A stretch of DNA of 20,000 bases. Source: an uncultured virus (IMG/VR IMGVR_UViG_3300043447_000658) (lineage: Duplodnaviria > Heunggongvirae > Uroviricota > Caudoviricetes). The stretch's first letter is position 1. Each line of letters opens with the position of its first letter. The translations under genes and the position numbers were made by a program. The notes below the pieces were generated by a model, which was not told where the DNA came from, ran no database searches, and was given only the letters and a program-made list of their open reading frames with translations. The stretch lies in IMG/VR virus record IMGVR_UViG_3300043447_000658, positions 52,795-72,794 of that record; one strand, given 5' to 3'. Shown piece after piece: positions 1 to 9,253 of the stretch.

Positions 1-1
1 T

Positions 2-973
2 TAATGCAGAAACGTATGATTCGTAATCAAGACCAACTATTTGTATGTTCCACCCATCTCGACTTAATGGCCAAGTTGCAAATTCACTTTGTAATTCTGT
101 GACCGCTCCATCATATAAATCTGTTGGTATTCTAAACGCAGCGGTATATTTGGGGGTCGATTCTCTATCTAATAATACGGTCTCTAATTCATCAAGACTA
201 TTGAAAAATTCTTCAGTTACACCGTTATTTGGTCTAATTAAATAATTGTCAGTGTAGATTGAATATCCACCGAAACAATATCCTTTTACTTTTAATGTGA
301 TAAAACCATCATTATCCGGTTCTTCGTATGAAACAATTTCATATGTTGAACCGCTAAGGTTATCTACTACATATTTTGTATATGATGAATAAAAATCTCT
401 ATACGAATTTGTTGATTGTAAAACTTCAACCCCTTGAGGTCTTTGAATAACAATATCAAATGGGTTATAAATTAAAGATTTTTTAAATTGGAATTGTGTG
501 GTGTTTGAAATTGGGTCGTAACCAAGAGTTGCTCCCGTTAATACCGCACTAACATTCGTAGATGAAACCGGTGAATCAACATCAACTAATAATGCTGCAG
601 GGAAACTTTCAATAATATTCCCAACCGCACCATTTAATCTTGTTGATAAGGAACCAAATAAAGATTTTGACGCATCGTTTTTAGAATTATGAAATTTAAT
701 CTTTTTACTTCTATCAGGTAAATTAATACCTGTAGAGTTATTATCATAAATTGAATTCGTTTCTTCTTTTAATGTATCTAAAGTAAGGAAATCAGAAAAT
801 GGTTGTGTGTGAAAAGTCTTACTGTCTTTTTCAGGAATTACTCTATCAATAAGGAATTGGGTATTAGCCAATTGACTAGAACCATCGGTTATTTGTAAAC
901 CGATGAGCTTGTCATTGAACGTTTCACCACCACTAGCCGCCTGATATGGGACCTTTCTTGTTATTTTAGCCAT
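2..973 (-). CDS. Putative virion/baseplate-region structural protein, 3'-partial (runs off the left window edge, at least 324 aa)
   Basis: Absent from the ORF track because it has no stop in the window. ATG at 973-971 overlaps the upstream gene's TAA (TAATG). Manual translation is open to the edge: MAKITRKVPYQAASGGETFNDKLIGLQITDGSSQLANTQF...WNIQIVGLDYESYVSAL. Function inferred from context. Confidence 0.85.
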   Translation of the reverse strand, partial: MAKITRKVPYQAASGGETFNDKLIGLQITDGSSQLANTQFLIDRVIPEKDSKTFHTQPFSDFLTLDTLKEETNSIYDNNSTGINLPDRSKKIKFHNSKNDASKSLFGSLSTRLNGAVGNIIESFPAALLVDVDSPVSSTNVSAVLTGATLGYDPISNTTQFQFKKSLIYNPFDIVIQRPQGVEVLQSTNSYRDFYSSYTKYVVDNLSGSTYEIVSYEEPDNDGFITLKVKGYCFGGYSIYTDNYLIRPNNGVTEEFFNSLDELETVLLDRESTPKYTAAFRIPTDLYDGAVTELQSEFATWPLSRDGWNIQIVGLDYESYVSAL

Positions 974-1881
974 TATTGAGTTATAACATCAAAATTTAAT
1001 GTTTCGTCGATATTATCATTCTTCTCTCTTATTTCGTATAGTGTCTCGTTAATATCGTCTTTAATTTCGTATAAGTTAAACTGCTTATAGATATTATTAT
1101 TTTGGTCATAAATCGTGTAAATTCCATCAACAACTGACTTACTTTGATTACCGTAAAGTGCGTGTGCCAATGTTGTTGCATCGTGTTCTACCATTTCAAC
1201 TTCTAACATAACAGGATTAAAATGTGTATTTGTTAGAATGATATTTTGATTTGGTTGACCAATGAATGGTATGGTATTAGGTCTACTAGACGGTGAAGAG
1301 CTTGGTGTTAATGTCAAAAACATTAAGTTTGTTGTTATATCAGAATATCTGTATCTAATTGCTTTTTGTGATGAATTTGTTAAATTCGATAACACAGGTT
1401 CACAGTAAAAAGATGAGGTAACAATTCTAAAAAAATTAGGAATCTTAGCACCTGAATCATCCAAGTACTCAATTCGGTAACCCACTAATCCTTGAGGAGT
1501 GAATTTGTTAGTATCTGCAGCGTCGATTTGAGAGATGTCAATAATCAATCCTCTTACGGACGGTAATGATGACAAAACACCACAATCAGAAACAACTGTT
1601 CTGATTTGTTTTGGTCTTAAGTACAACGTATATATTCCTAACTCAGAGAATCTTGATGATTCTAATTTTAGATTATACATACCACCTAATAGTTCAGTAC
1701 CTGAATTACCTCCTGTTGAATCATTGTGGAATACGGGTGTTAATATATCTTGTGAGTTATCTATCTTCTCAAATTGAACTTCCGTACTAGCGGTTCTACC
1801 CGAAACGAAGTGATAATATATATCAACATCGGCCGGTGAAACGTCCGCAGGTCTTATAGTTCCGTAACTTCCTACTGCCAT
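973..1881 (-). CDS. Hypothetical phage protein, probably structural (302 aa)
   Basis: Long ORF with an A-rich leader, co-oriented with the baseplate module and coupled to the next gene by TAATG. No catalytic motif recognised. Confidence 0.8.
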   Translation of the reverse strand: MAVGSYGTIRPADVSPADVDIYYHFVSGRTASTEVQFEKIDNSQDILTPVFHNDSTGGNSGTELLGGMYNLKLESSRFSELGIYTLYLRPKQIRTVVSDCGVLSSLPSVRGLIIDISQIDAADTNKFTPQGLVGYRIEYLDDSGAKIPNFFRIVTSSFYCEPVLSNLTNSSQKAIRYRYSDITTNLMFLTLTPSSSPSSRPNTIPFIGQPNQNIILTNTHFNPVMLEVEMVEHDATTLAHALYGNQSKSVVDGIYTIYDQNNNIYKQFNLYEIKDDINETLYEIREKNDNIDETLNFDVITQ

Positions 1882-1897
1882 CTTTTATTATTTATCT

Positions 1898-1904
1898 ATA
1901 AATA
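1898..1904 (-). promoter_or_regulatory. Candidate late-promoter motif TATTTAT upstream of the 302-aa gene
   Basis: Minus strand reads TATATTTATAGATAAATAATAAAAG-ATG. The same heptamer precedes two other structural genes. Confidence 0.4.
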
Positions 1905-1910
1905 TAATTT

Positions 1911-2849
1911 TTATTGTTTTCGTACTTTAAAATATCCATTTCCATAAACATCTAATTCTCCTGTGTTGTCCATTTCGGTCAATCTGAAGTTTCTTTCCAT
2001 AACTCCCATCTGTCCTCTTTCAACAAAAACATCTGAAAAAATTTGTGGGTCGTCCACAAATCCTAAAAAATGTTCATTTCTCGTAATCATTCCGTTGTAG
2101 ATTTCGTCTTGAAAAAATGTTTGTGTGGTTCCTGAAGTCACTCCTGATATATGTGTATATCCATCTGGGTAATCTCTATAAACCAAACCATCAATTGTAT
2201 ATCCTGAATATTCTAAAGTAACTGTTACTCCTGAGTAACCCGCATTTGTTCCATATAATTTTTTCTCATCAATTCTACTTTTGCCAATACCCAAAAAGGT
2301 TACTGTGGTACTATTAGTGGCACCTGTTAAAGTTCTATAGTCTTGTAAATAAGTTTGTGAGTAGGTATCCCCCTCACTATATGGAATGTCAAAAGTTAAT
2401 TCTCCTAAGTCAGTTGGATAACCAAAAGATTGAACAAAAGGTATTTCTATTGTCTTTTGTACCTTTCTAACATCCCAAGGTGAATTTACCGTAACCTCAA
2501 TTGTGTATGTTCCGTTACTTGAATATGTGTGTCCTGTGCTTGGTAAACTCACATTATCAATGTTCATAACCGGCATTGTGAGTGTACTTGTTGCACCATC
2601 TCCCCAATTAACTGTGAAGATTGCATCGATTAATGCTCCGTATCTTGTTGTGTTGACAGTATTATAAACTGTAACTGAATTACCATTACCTTTATATGTA
2701 AAATTACATATCTGTTGTGTTTGACTAATATCACCGTCAAAACCAATCATAATACCTAAATCCTTAATACTTTGTTCTAAAAATATTGGTAGGTTATATG
2801 TTTGACCTGTGTCAGTTTTTAATATTGTGTGTCTAATAGTTGTGTCCAT
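1911..2849 (-). CDS. Putative virion protein with a PKD/Ig-like domain (312 aa)
   Basis: PKD signature FTVNWGDG...GHTYSSNGTYTIEVTV; Thr/Gly-rich; TAATG overlap with the upstream gene. Confidence 0.8.
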   Translation of the reverse strand: MDTTIRHTILKTDTGQTYNLPIFLEQSIKDLGIMIGFDGDISQTQQICNFTYKGNGNSVTVYNTVNTTRYGALIDAIFTVNWGDGATSTLTMPVMNIDNVSLPSTGHTYSSNGTYTIEVTVNSPWDVRKVQKTIEIPFVQSFGYPTDLGELTFDIPYSEGDTYSQTYLQDYRTLTGATNSTTVTFLGIGKSRIDEKKLYGTNAGYSGVTVTLEYSGYTIDGLVYRDYPDGYTHISGVTSGTTQTFFQDEIYNGMITRNEHFLGFVDDPQIFSDVFVERGQMGVMERNFRLTEMDNTGELDVYGNGYFKVRKQ

Positions 2850-3655
2850 TATCCTCCAGATAGTATTTCATAAAATTTTATGGGGTCTCCCGATTCACCA
2901 ATTCTGGTTCCTGTGGTTCCTGAATATCTAAACACTTGATAAGAATAATCTGTCCTGTCTATGGTTACCTTATAATATAAATCTCTATACTCTAAAACTG
3001 AAGCGTTAGTTGCCAATGATGTGTTTGAAAAGTTTAAAACTGTTCCATCTTCACCATTAAAAAATCTAGCCGTCATATAAAATGTTGTTCCTGTTAGCAT
3101 AGTTCCTCTGAACGCATCGTCATCTTGGAACCAAAACAGATACATATTTTCTTTATTTCTGTAATTTGAGCCGTTGAATATTGGTACTTTTATATAATCG
3201 TTAAATCCTGTATAAAAAACTTTCTCACCTAATGGTAATGAAAGATTTTTTGCAAAAACTAATTTTCTATTCGTTCTGTCGGGATTTTCACCATCAGGAA
3301 CAATAAAAAATTCCAATCTAAAAAATGTTTTAGTTGTTTGAATTAATTGTTTAGCATTTTCTTGATGGTCAATACCAATTAAGGAATAGTCCAATCCACC
3401 ACTATGTGTTCCACTCTGATTGTAGAAATAAAAATAAAACCAAATGTCTGATTGAGTATCGGTAGAATGTGATGTGATGCCAGAATAAGGTTTATGTATA
3501 AACCTCATAGTTTCGTAATTATCAACCGGATTAATGATTGTCCTTACTGTTTCATTTTCAAATTGTTCTAAAGCATCTTCTCTCCCTAAATCAGGTTTAA
3601 AGTTGGTTTCCAAATTAAAAAATATATTATCTCTAATGTTTTTTAAAACTTTCAT
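2849..3655 (-). CDS. Hypothetical phage protein, probably structural (268 aa)
   Basis: Aromatic-rich ORF with TAATG overlaps at both ends, inside the structural module. Confidence 0.8.
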   Translation of the reverse strand: MKVLKNIRDNIFFNLETNFKPDLGREDALEQFENETVRTIINPVDNYETMRFIHKPYSGITSHSTDTQSDIWFYFYFYNQSGTHSGGLDYSLIGIDHQENAKQLIQTTKTFFRLEFFIVPDGENPDRTNRKLVFAKNLSLPLGEKVFYTGFNDYIKVPIFNGSNYRNKENMYLFWFQDDDAFRGTMLTGTTFYMTARFFNGEDGTVLNFSNTSLATNASVLEYRDLYYKVTIDRTDYSYQVFRYSGTTGTRIGESGDPIKFYEILSGG

Positions 3656-5454
3656 TAACAGTTTTTACTTGTGTTTGAATTATTTCTATCTAATCTGTTA
3701 TTTTTATTATTATATCTATTAATAAATGCATTAAAATCAAAAATACCATCAGCTTTGTGTTGATAATTTTTTTCATTTCTTATATAGAAATTAATATCGT
3801 TCCTAACATAGTGTGTGTTGTTAAGAAACGGATAGTCTACACCGAATCCTAAGTCATCTGAATATCCGTAATCATACACATCTCTCCATTTCCATACATT
3901 CTCAAACGGGAAGTATCTTGCGTTTTGTGGTAGATTTTCGATGTCGGGTGTTGATGATGTTTCGATGTAAGGTGAAAGTTCTCTAATTTTAACTCGGTAA
4001 TGTGGTTGATATAATACTCCGTACATATTTGTCGAAGTTGCTCCTGAAAACCCTTCAACTGTAACCGATTGGTTAAAATTGAAAATACTTGTTGGGTTTG
4101 TTAATCTATACATCGATTCTGAAATAACCCTTTCTTTTATTGTCGATGGATTATATTCAATAAACGCACCTGTCAATACCGTACCGACAGATATTGTATT
4201 TCCACTGGTGAATGTGATTCCGCTTTTTGTAAATGATGTACCTAATCCTAAACCAGACTCGTACGGTGGTTGAGTTTTAATTGAACCATCAAAGTGGTTA
4301 TCAATCCAAGTATTATGTAGATTAAATTTCCAACCTACTTTTGGTGGATAGTCAAAATAACCATTACCATTTCTAAATAATATTGTTACATATAAATCCG
4401 TAGGTTCATAATTTAAATTGTTGGTTAATCCTGTTAAAACAAATGGTTCTTTAAAATCATAAAGAACTGATTCCATTCTATTTCTTTCAACCAATACATC
4501 ATTAGCTCCTGATATATTCTCAAAAACTAATTTTCTTTCGTCTTCAAATATTGGACTTTCAAATCCTGCCTTATCTAAAATATAATCTGCCGAATTAGTT
4601 GCCGTTTTATGTTTGTGTACATAGTAAGTTGATGTTGTTCCTGAAATGTTTTTGGTGTCGATACATCTTTTACCTGTAATTAAAGTGTTATTAAATGTTG
4701 TAGTACCTGATGGTATTTGGGATTTTAAAATATCTAAAACATATAATTCAGAATTATAATATTCATTACCAATTGAATTTATATAATATGGATATCCATT
4801 TAATATAATAAACTCACCTTCACTCATTCCGTGGTCAACAGGACTTGTCAGTCTATAACTCGCATTATTATCGGTAATTCTAAATGGTATGCCATTACCA
4901 CTAACAAAACTTAATGTTGTATTTCCCGATAAAGTATATTTCATCGGATAGTTTTCATCGTGGTCGTACACATATGATACGTGAATGTTCCAATTGTGAT
5001 ACGGAGCATTCATTGGTGTAATCAATTGGTGAGTTATGTCTCCTGTTTTTGTTACGGTGATTCCTGTAAATGTACTTAAGTCTGAAACATCTATATCATT
5101 AGGTTTTTCTCTGTACACATCATTTCTTAAAAACGCGAATTCGTTATATGGTAAGTAACCATCAAATTCTCCGTCATCACCATCACCAACTAGTGCTAAC
5201 TCTTCAGACAATGGAAGATAACTTGATAATCCACTGTACATATTTCTGAACACCATCTTTATTTTACCATACAACTTATATCTTTTACTGTCATTTCTTT
5301 CTTGACCAAATAATTCATTAATATCTAAAATAATATCTCTATCATCATTAGTTAATAAACTCTTACCTTCCTCAAAATTAACTTGGAGGATTTGGTCTTC
5401 GGAAGATGCTTTGTGAAACCTTTTTTCAGGTAATATAATTTTTCTCTTTTCCAT
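3655..5454 (-). CDS. Putative baseplate/tail-associated structural protein (599 aa)
   Basis: Long Asn/Thr/Tyr-rich ORF with TAATG overlaps at both ends, downstream of the gp25/gp6-like genes. Confidence 0.8.
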   Translation of the reverse strand: MEKRKIILPEKRFHKASSEDQILQVNFEEGKSLLTNDDRDIILDINELFGQERNDSKRYKLYGKIKMVFRNMYSGLSSYLPLSEELALVGDGDDGEFDGYLPYNEFAFLRNDVYREKPNDIDVSDLSTFTGITVTKTGDITHQLITPMNAPYHNWNIHVSYVYDHDENYPMKYTLSGNTTLSFVSGNGIPFRITDNNASYRLTSPVDHGMSEGEFIILNGYPYYINSIGNEYYNSELYVLDILKSQIPSGTTTFNNTLITGKRCIDTKNISGTTSTYYVHKHKTATNSADYILDKAGFESPIFEDERKLVFENISGANDVLVERNRMESVLYDFKEPFVLTGLTNNLNYEPTDLYVTILFRNGNGYFDYPPKVGWKFNLHNTWIDNHFDGSIKTQPPYESGLGLGTSFTKSGITFTSGNTISVGTVLTGAFIEYNPSTIKERVISESMYRLTNPTSIFNFNQSVTVEGFSGATSTNMYGVLYQPHYRVKIRELSPYIETSSTPDIENLPQNARYFPFENVWKWRDVYDYGYSDDLGFGVDYPFLNNTHYVRNDINFYIRNEKNYQHKADGIFDFNAFINRYNNKNNRLDRNNSNTSKNC

Positions 5455-8400
5455 TACGTTAAGTCTGTTGATTTAAATGCACCCTTAGGTCCAAACCTAT
5501 CAATAAATTTATCGAGACCAGTTTTACCAGGTTTTAATCCAAAGTGAAACATAAATGGAGTTGATAGGATTTGTTTAGTTCCACTATAATAATCTTGTGT
5601 TCTTCTAATGAAGAAATCTGTAGATGTTGTCCAAGGAATTCCATCCCAAGTACCTGCATTACCATAACGAGTATATAAAGTTCCTGAAGATGGATTGGCC
5701 AATGTTCCTGAAGTTACTTGTAAAACAGTATACCCAGGATATTGTGAATCGTATTGATGATATTCGTTTCCTGTGATTCCTGAAATAACAGCATCATAAG
5801 CAAACCCTTCATCATCAACGACGTTTAATGTCGATACCGAGGTTCCTGTAAAATTATAAGTTATTGGTAATAACAAATATTTGTCTGAAGAATCGTCAGT
5901 GGTTCCTGTCACATTATATGCGTATGTCATACCTTGTAATGGTTGTACTTGAACGGTTGAGATATCCCAAGATTGGTCGTCGAGAGTTTCAGTATTATAC
6001 GCGCCAAATCCTGTACCTTTTTTATCCCATAAGAAGAATGGTACCGGTTGTGATGATTCAGTTAATCGACCTTGTATTTGTGTTACTCCATCATTTGCAA
6101 TGTGAGTCGGTTCATTTAAACAAGCCCTTACTCTTTCACCATCTTCAGAAAATTCCATAGTGATTGGTAATGGTCCCCAAACTCCGTTTCTTTTAAAAAC
6201 GTCAGGATATAATTCAGGGTCTAATATTTGATAGCTATATCCAATATATTTTGGATTTTGTAAATCAAATTGTTCAATACCCACCTCATTATTGATTGAT
6301 ATTAATTGTAGTAAATCTCCATCGAAAGCACTTCGAATTCCATTATTATAAAATCCATTATTATCAAAGAAACTTCTTAAGTCGAAATTAGCATTACTAA
6401 CATCCATTCTGTAGTTAATTGCCATACCAAGAATCTCACCAAAATCTTTATAAGAAGTTGGTCCTATTTCTCTTGACACAGAGCAGTTAGGGTCAAGATT
6501 TGGGTCTACACATATTTCTCTTATAAATTCATCTCTCGGACCTAAATCAACAATAGTTGTTGGTCTATTGATTCTTTTTCTCGAACCGTTAAATGTTCTT
6601 CCCCATACACCTGTACTATTATTATATGATGTTGCTCGATAATAATAATGTGATTCACTTTGGTTTGTTTCTAAATTAGTTTGTACTGTTCTTCTAATTA
6701 GTTCTTCACAACAAGCCGATTTGGACCAAAATAAAAATCTTTTTTGTGTTTCGAAAGTAAAGAAATATAAAGACCCTGATAACCAATTATCCACAAATGA
6801 ATAGTTAACGACTCCCGAACAAAATAATTTAGACATACGTCTACGTCTTCTATATTCTTTCATTATATTAATCACTCTACGATTTGACATAGTGCCGGGA
6901 ATCATATAAAAAATACCATTGGTAAATTCAGATTGACCCGATGGGGTTCTTGGTGTATAGGTTTCTCCATCGTATATTGTTGGTAGTGGTTTATTACTAC
7001 CATCAACGTCCGAAATTAAAGTTGCTTCTACGTCCATACCGGCAGTATATTGTAACGGTGTTTTTTCGGTTCTATTTGGTGCAACATAATATTTCTGAAC
7101 TAAAGATTCGTCATATGGTGTGTCATAGATTGCACAACCCTCCTCCAATATTGCTGTTGTGGTTGTTTCAACTGATGAGGCATTTTTATCTCTAATTACT
7201 GCAGTGTATGTTATTGTTTCATTAAACAATCCTGCCGTGTCATTAAAAGTTATTGTGGCTCCTGATGTGAAAATAGTTGTACCAGACAAAAGAACCCCGT
7301 TACTACTTGTTGTTAAAATATAATTTGTTTGATTATTTAAAAAATTTGTTAAGTCACTTGGAACTGTTGCTCCTGAACATATTCCTGTTGGGTCAGGGTT
7401 TGAGAATACAAAATTACTTGCAGTTACAGTTCTTGGTGATTCGGTAGACGAACCTTGAATGGTTACCGTACCAACCTGACAAAAGTCAATAGCGTTACCC
7501 AATCCACCCACAGTACCATATTCATTATCTTTATTACATTCAAGGCAAGAAGGATAATCAATTAAAAATAATTCTCTTTGTCCACTATCTTGAATTCCAT
7601 ATGCGTATCTTCTTAACGCCCTACTAACAGACTTAATCGGCCAGAAATTAGTTGCATCTGAAAATCTATGAAATATTTTAGCAACTGTATTGTTAAAAAC
7701 AAAACCAGATACTGTTGATAATTGTTCAAAGAATAACAATATATCAGCAATTAATAATTTAATTGTGTAGTTTCTAAAACCAAAATTAACCGGTGGTGTA
7801 ACGATTGAATTTTCACAATCAGACTCTCTTGGTGGTGCAATTTCTTTCAATCCCAATAATTGACCTGAAAGAGTTGATAATGAATTTTTAAAGTATGAAT
7901 TATGAAATGATGATACCGTAAAAACTTTATTATATGTAAATCTATAAAAATAATCTTGTGGTACGTAGAATCCATCAACAGTATTTAATATTAAACTTAA
8001 CGCTTCCGGTGGGTAATCTTTATAGTTATTGGACCAAGCGTACGACATATCAATTCTTGTGGTGTATTCTCTAATATTCGGTACTAATATTTGAGCAGTA
8101 CCTTGTTGTTGTGTTGTAAATCTAAAACGATAACATCCTGATGTTGGTATACCTTTGTTTGGGTCATTGGAATATTCGTTTTCACCAAATTCATTTGTGT
8201 AAACAAAATCCATATTCATTGGTAATGACACAATAAATGAACCGTCATCGGTAATATCTTCTTTTACATCATACACTTCTAAAATCGGTCTGTTGTTGGA
8301 GTCGTATTCCGCAGTAAAACGAATCATTTCTATTTTACCCGCCTTTGTCGTTAAATCACATTTTTTGTTACTATCTCTTTTAATACTACAATTTGCTTTG

Positions 8401-9200
8401 ACTCCTGCCCTACCGTCAGTATATGTTCCCCCAATAAGATAAGCCTTTGGTTCAATTTTAACTCCTTGGTCTGATAAATCAAAATCGGTTCTTGTTAAAC
8501 CAATTTCACATAAATCTTCAGAACCCCAAAAAGGATAAACCTCAATGGTTTTTCTAAATGTTTTGATTTGTGGAAGTGAGTCAATATCAACACTAGCCTT
8601 AAATTCATAAGCTGATTTAAATTCCTCTAAACCAAAACCTTTTCTTAAGTAATCATCAGGTCTTAATGAGAAACAACTAATATCTGACAAATCCACGTCA
8701 CACACTATGATTTGTTCACCTAATGGTACACCCCAAATCATAAAGTCACCAGCACTATTTGTTTTTACGGTGTATTTGTAATATTTTTCATACACCTCTA
8801 AAACTTCTTCTCTGTCTAAAATATCTGTTTGGTCAGGGAATGTTCCTGTTGCCGCGTGTCCGCTATGTTGTCTTCTTGCAGGTAATAAATTATATCGATA
8901 ATGATTATCGTCTTTAACTGAAACTTCAGTATATGGGTATAACGCCGATATTACAGGGTCGTTTACATCATCATCGTCTAATGGTACGAAAATTGAAACT
9001 CGAGCGTTTGGTACTCCAAAACCATTATTTACGGTAAGTCTACCACAAACAACACCATAGTCAGCACATAACGATGTGTATACATCCCTTTGGGATAATT
9101 TTAAAGACAACAATTCCAATAAATCGAAATCTTGTTTGACTTCAAATTTAATGTATTGGTCTTCTCCAATGTTGGTATGAATTCTATGTTTTTGTATCAT
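5454..9200 (-). CDS. Large Cys-rich putative baseplate/tail protein (1248 aa)
   Basis: Directly follows the gp6-like gene. N-terminal YGVVCGRL..NNGFGVPNARVSIF...VKTNSAGDF resembles a carboxypeptidase-regulatory/transthyretin-like beta-sandwich. About 20 Cys and Thr-rich segments. Confidence 0.8.
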   Translation of the reverse strand: MIQKHRIHTNIGEDQYIKFEVKQDFDLLELLSLKLSQRDVYTSLCADYGVVCGRLTVNNGFGVPNARVSIFVPLDDDDVNDPVISALYPYTEVSVKDDNHYRYNLLPARRQHSGHAATGTFPDQTDILDREEVLEVYEKYYKYTVKTNSAGDFMIWGVPLGEQIIVCDVDLSDISCFSLRPDDYLRKGFGLEEFKSAYEFKASVDIDSLPQIKTFRKTIEVYPFWGSEDLCEIGLTRTDFDLSDQGVKIEPKAYLIGGTYTDGRAGVKANCSIKRDSNKKCDLTTKAGKIEMIRFTAEYDSNNRPILEVYDVKEDITDDGSFIVSLPMNMDFVYTNEFGENEYSNDPNKGIPTSGCYRFRFTTQQQGTAQILVPNIREYTTRIDMSYAWSNNYKDYPPEALSLILNTVDGFYVPQDYFYRFTYNKVFTVSSFHNSYFKNSLSTLSGQLLGLKEIAPPRESDCENSIVTPPVNFGFRNYTIKLLIADILLFFEQLSTVSGFVFNNTVAKIFHRFSDATNFWPIKSVSRALRRYAYGIQDSGQRELFLIDYPSCLECNKDNEYGTVGGLGNAIDFCQVGTVTIQGSSTESPRTVTASNFVFSNPDPTGICSGATVPSDLTNFLNNQTNYILTTSSNGVLLSGTTIFTSGATITFNDTAGLFNETITYTAVIRDKNASSVETTTTAILEEGCAIYDTPYDESLVQKYYVAPNRTEKTPLQYTAGMDVEATLISDVDGSNKPLPTIYDGETYTPRTPSGQSEFTNGIFYMIPGTMSNRRVINIMKEYRRRRRMSKLFCSGVVNYSFVDNWLSGSLYFFTFETQKRFLFWSKSACCEELIRRTVQTNLETNQSESHYYYRATSYNNSTGVWGRTFNGSRKRINRPTTIVDLGPRDEFIREICVDPNLDPNCSVSREIGPTSYKDFGEILGMAINYRMDVSNANFDLRSFFDNNGFYNNGIRSAFDGDLLQLISINNEVGIEQFDLQNPKYIGYSYQILDPELYPDVFKRNGVWGPLPITMEFSEDGERVRACLNEPTHIANDGVTQIQGRLTESSQPVPFFLWDKKGTGFGAYNTETLDDQSWDISTVQVQPLQGMTYAYNVTGTTDDSSDKYLLLPITYNFTGTSVSTLNVVDDEGFAYDAVISGITGNEYHQYDSQYPGYTVLQVTSGTLANPSSGTLYTRYGNAGTWDGIPWTTSTDFFIRRTQDYYSGTKQILSTPFMFHFGLKPGKTGLDKFIDRFGPKGAFKSTDLT

Positions 9201-9239
9201 CTTATAATAAATAGAAACTCAATGGTTTTCTTATAAGAT
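9199..9239 (-). promoter_or_regulatory. mRNA hairpin overlapping the start codon of the 1248-aa gene
   Basis: Perfect 9-bp inverted repeat ATCTTATAA (9199-9207) / TTATAAGAT (9231-9239), plus an inner GAAAC/GTTTTC stem. The 3' arm on the mRNA includes the AU of the AUG. Confidence 0.55.
9207..9213 (-). promoter_or_regulatory. Candidate late-promoter motif TATTTAT
   Basis: Minus strand reads CTATTTATTATAAG-ATG; the motif is 6 nt before the start codon. Confidence 0.4.
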
Positions 9240-9253
9240 AACTAAAAAACAAA

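Noticed and set aside
1889..1904. Dyad TATTTAT-CT-ATAAATA as a hairpin, or a plus-strand T4 late promoter TATAAATA
   Set aside because: An all-AT stem with a 2-nt spacer is too weak, and there is no credible plus-strand gene to drive. Kept only as an instance of the TATTTAT motif.
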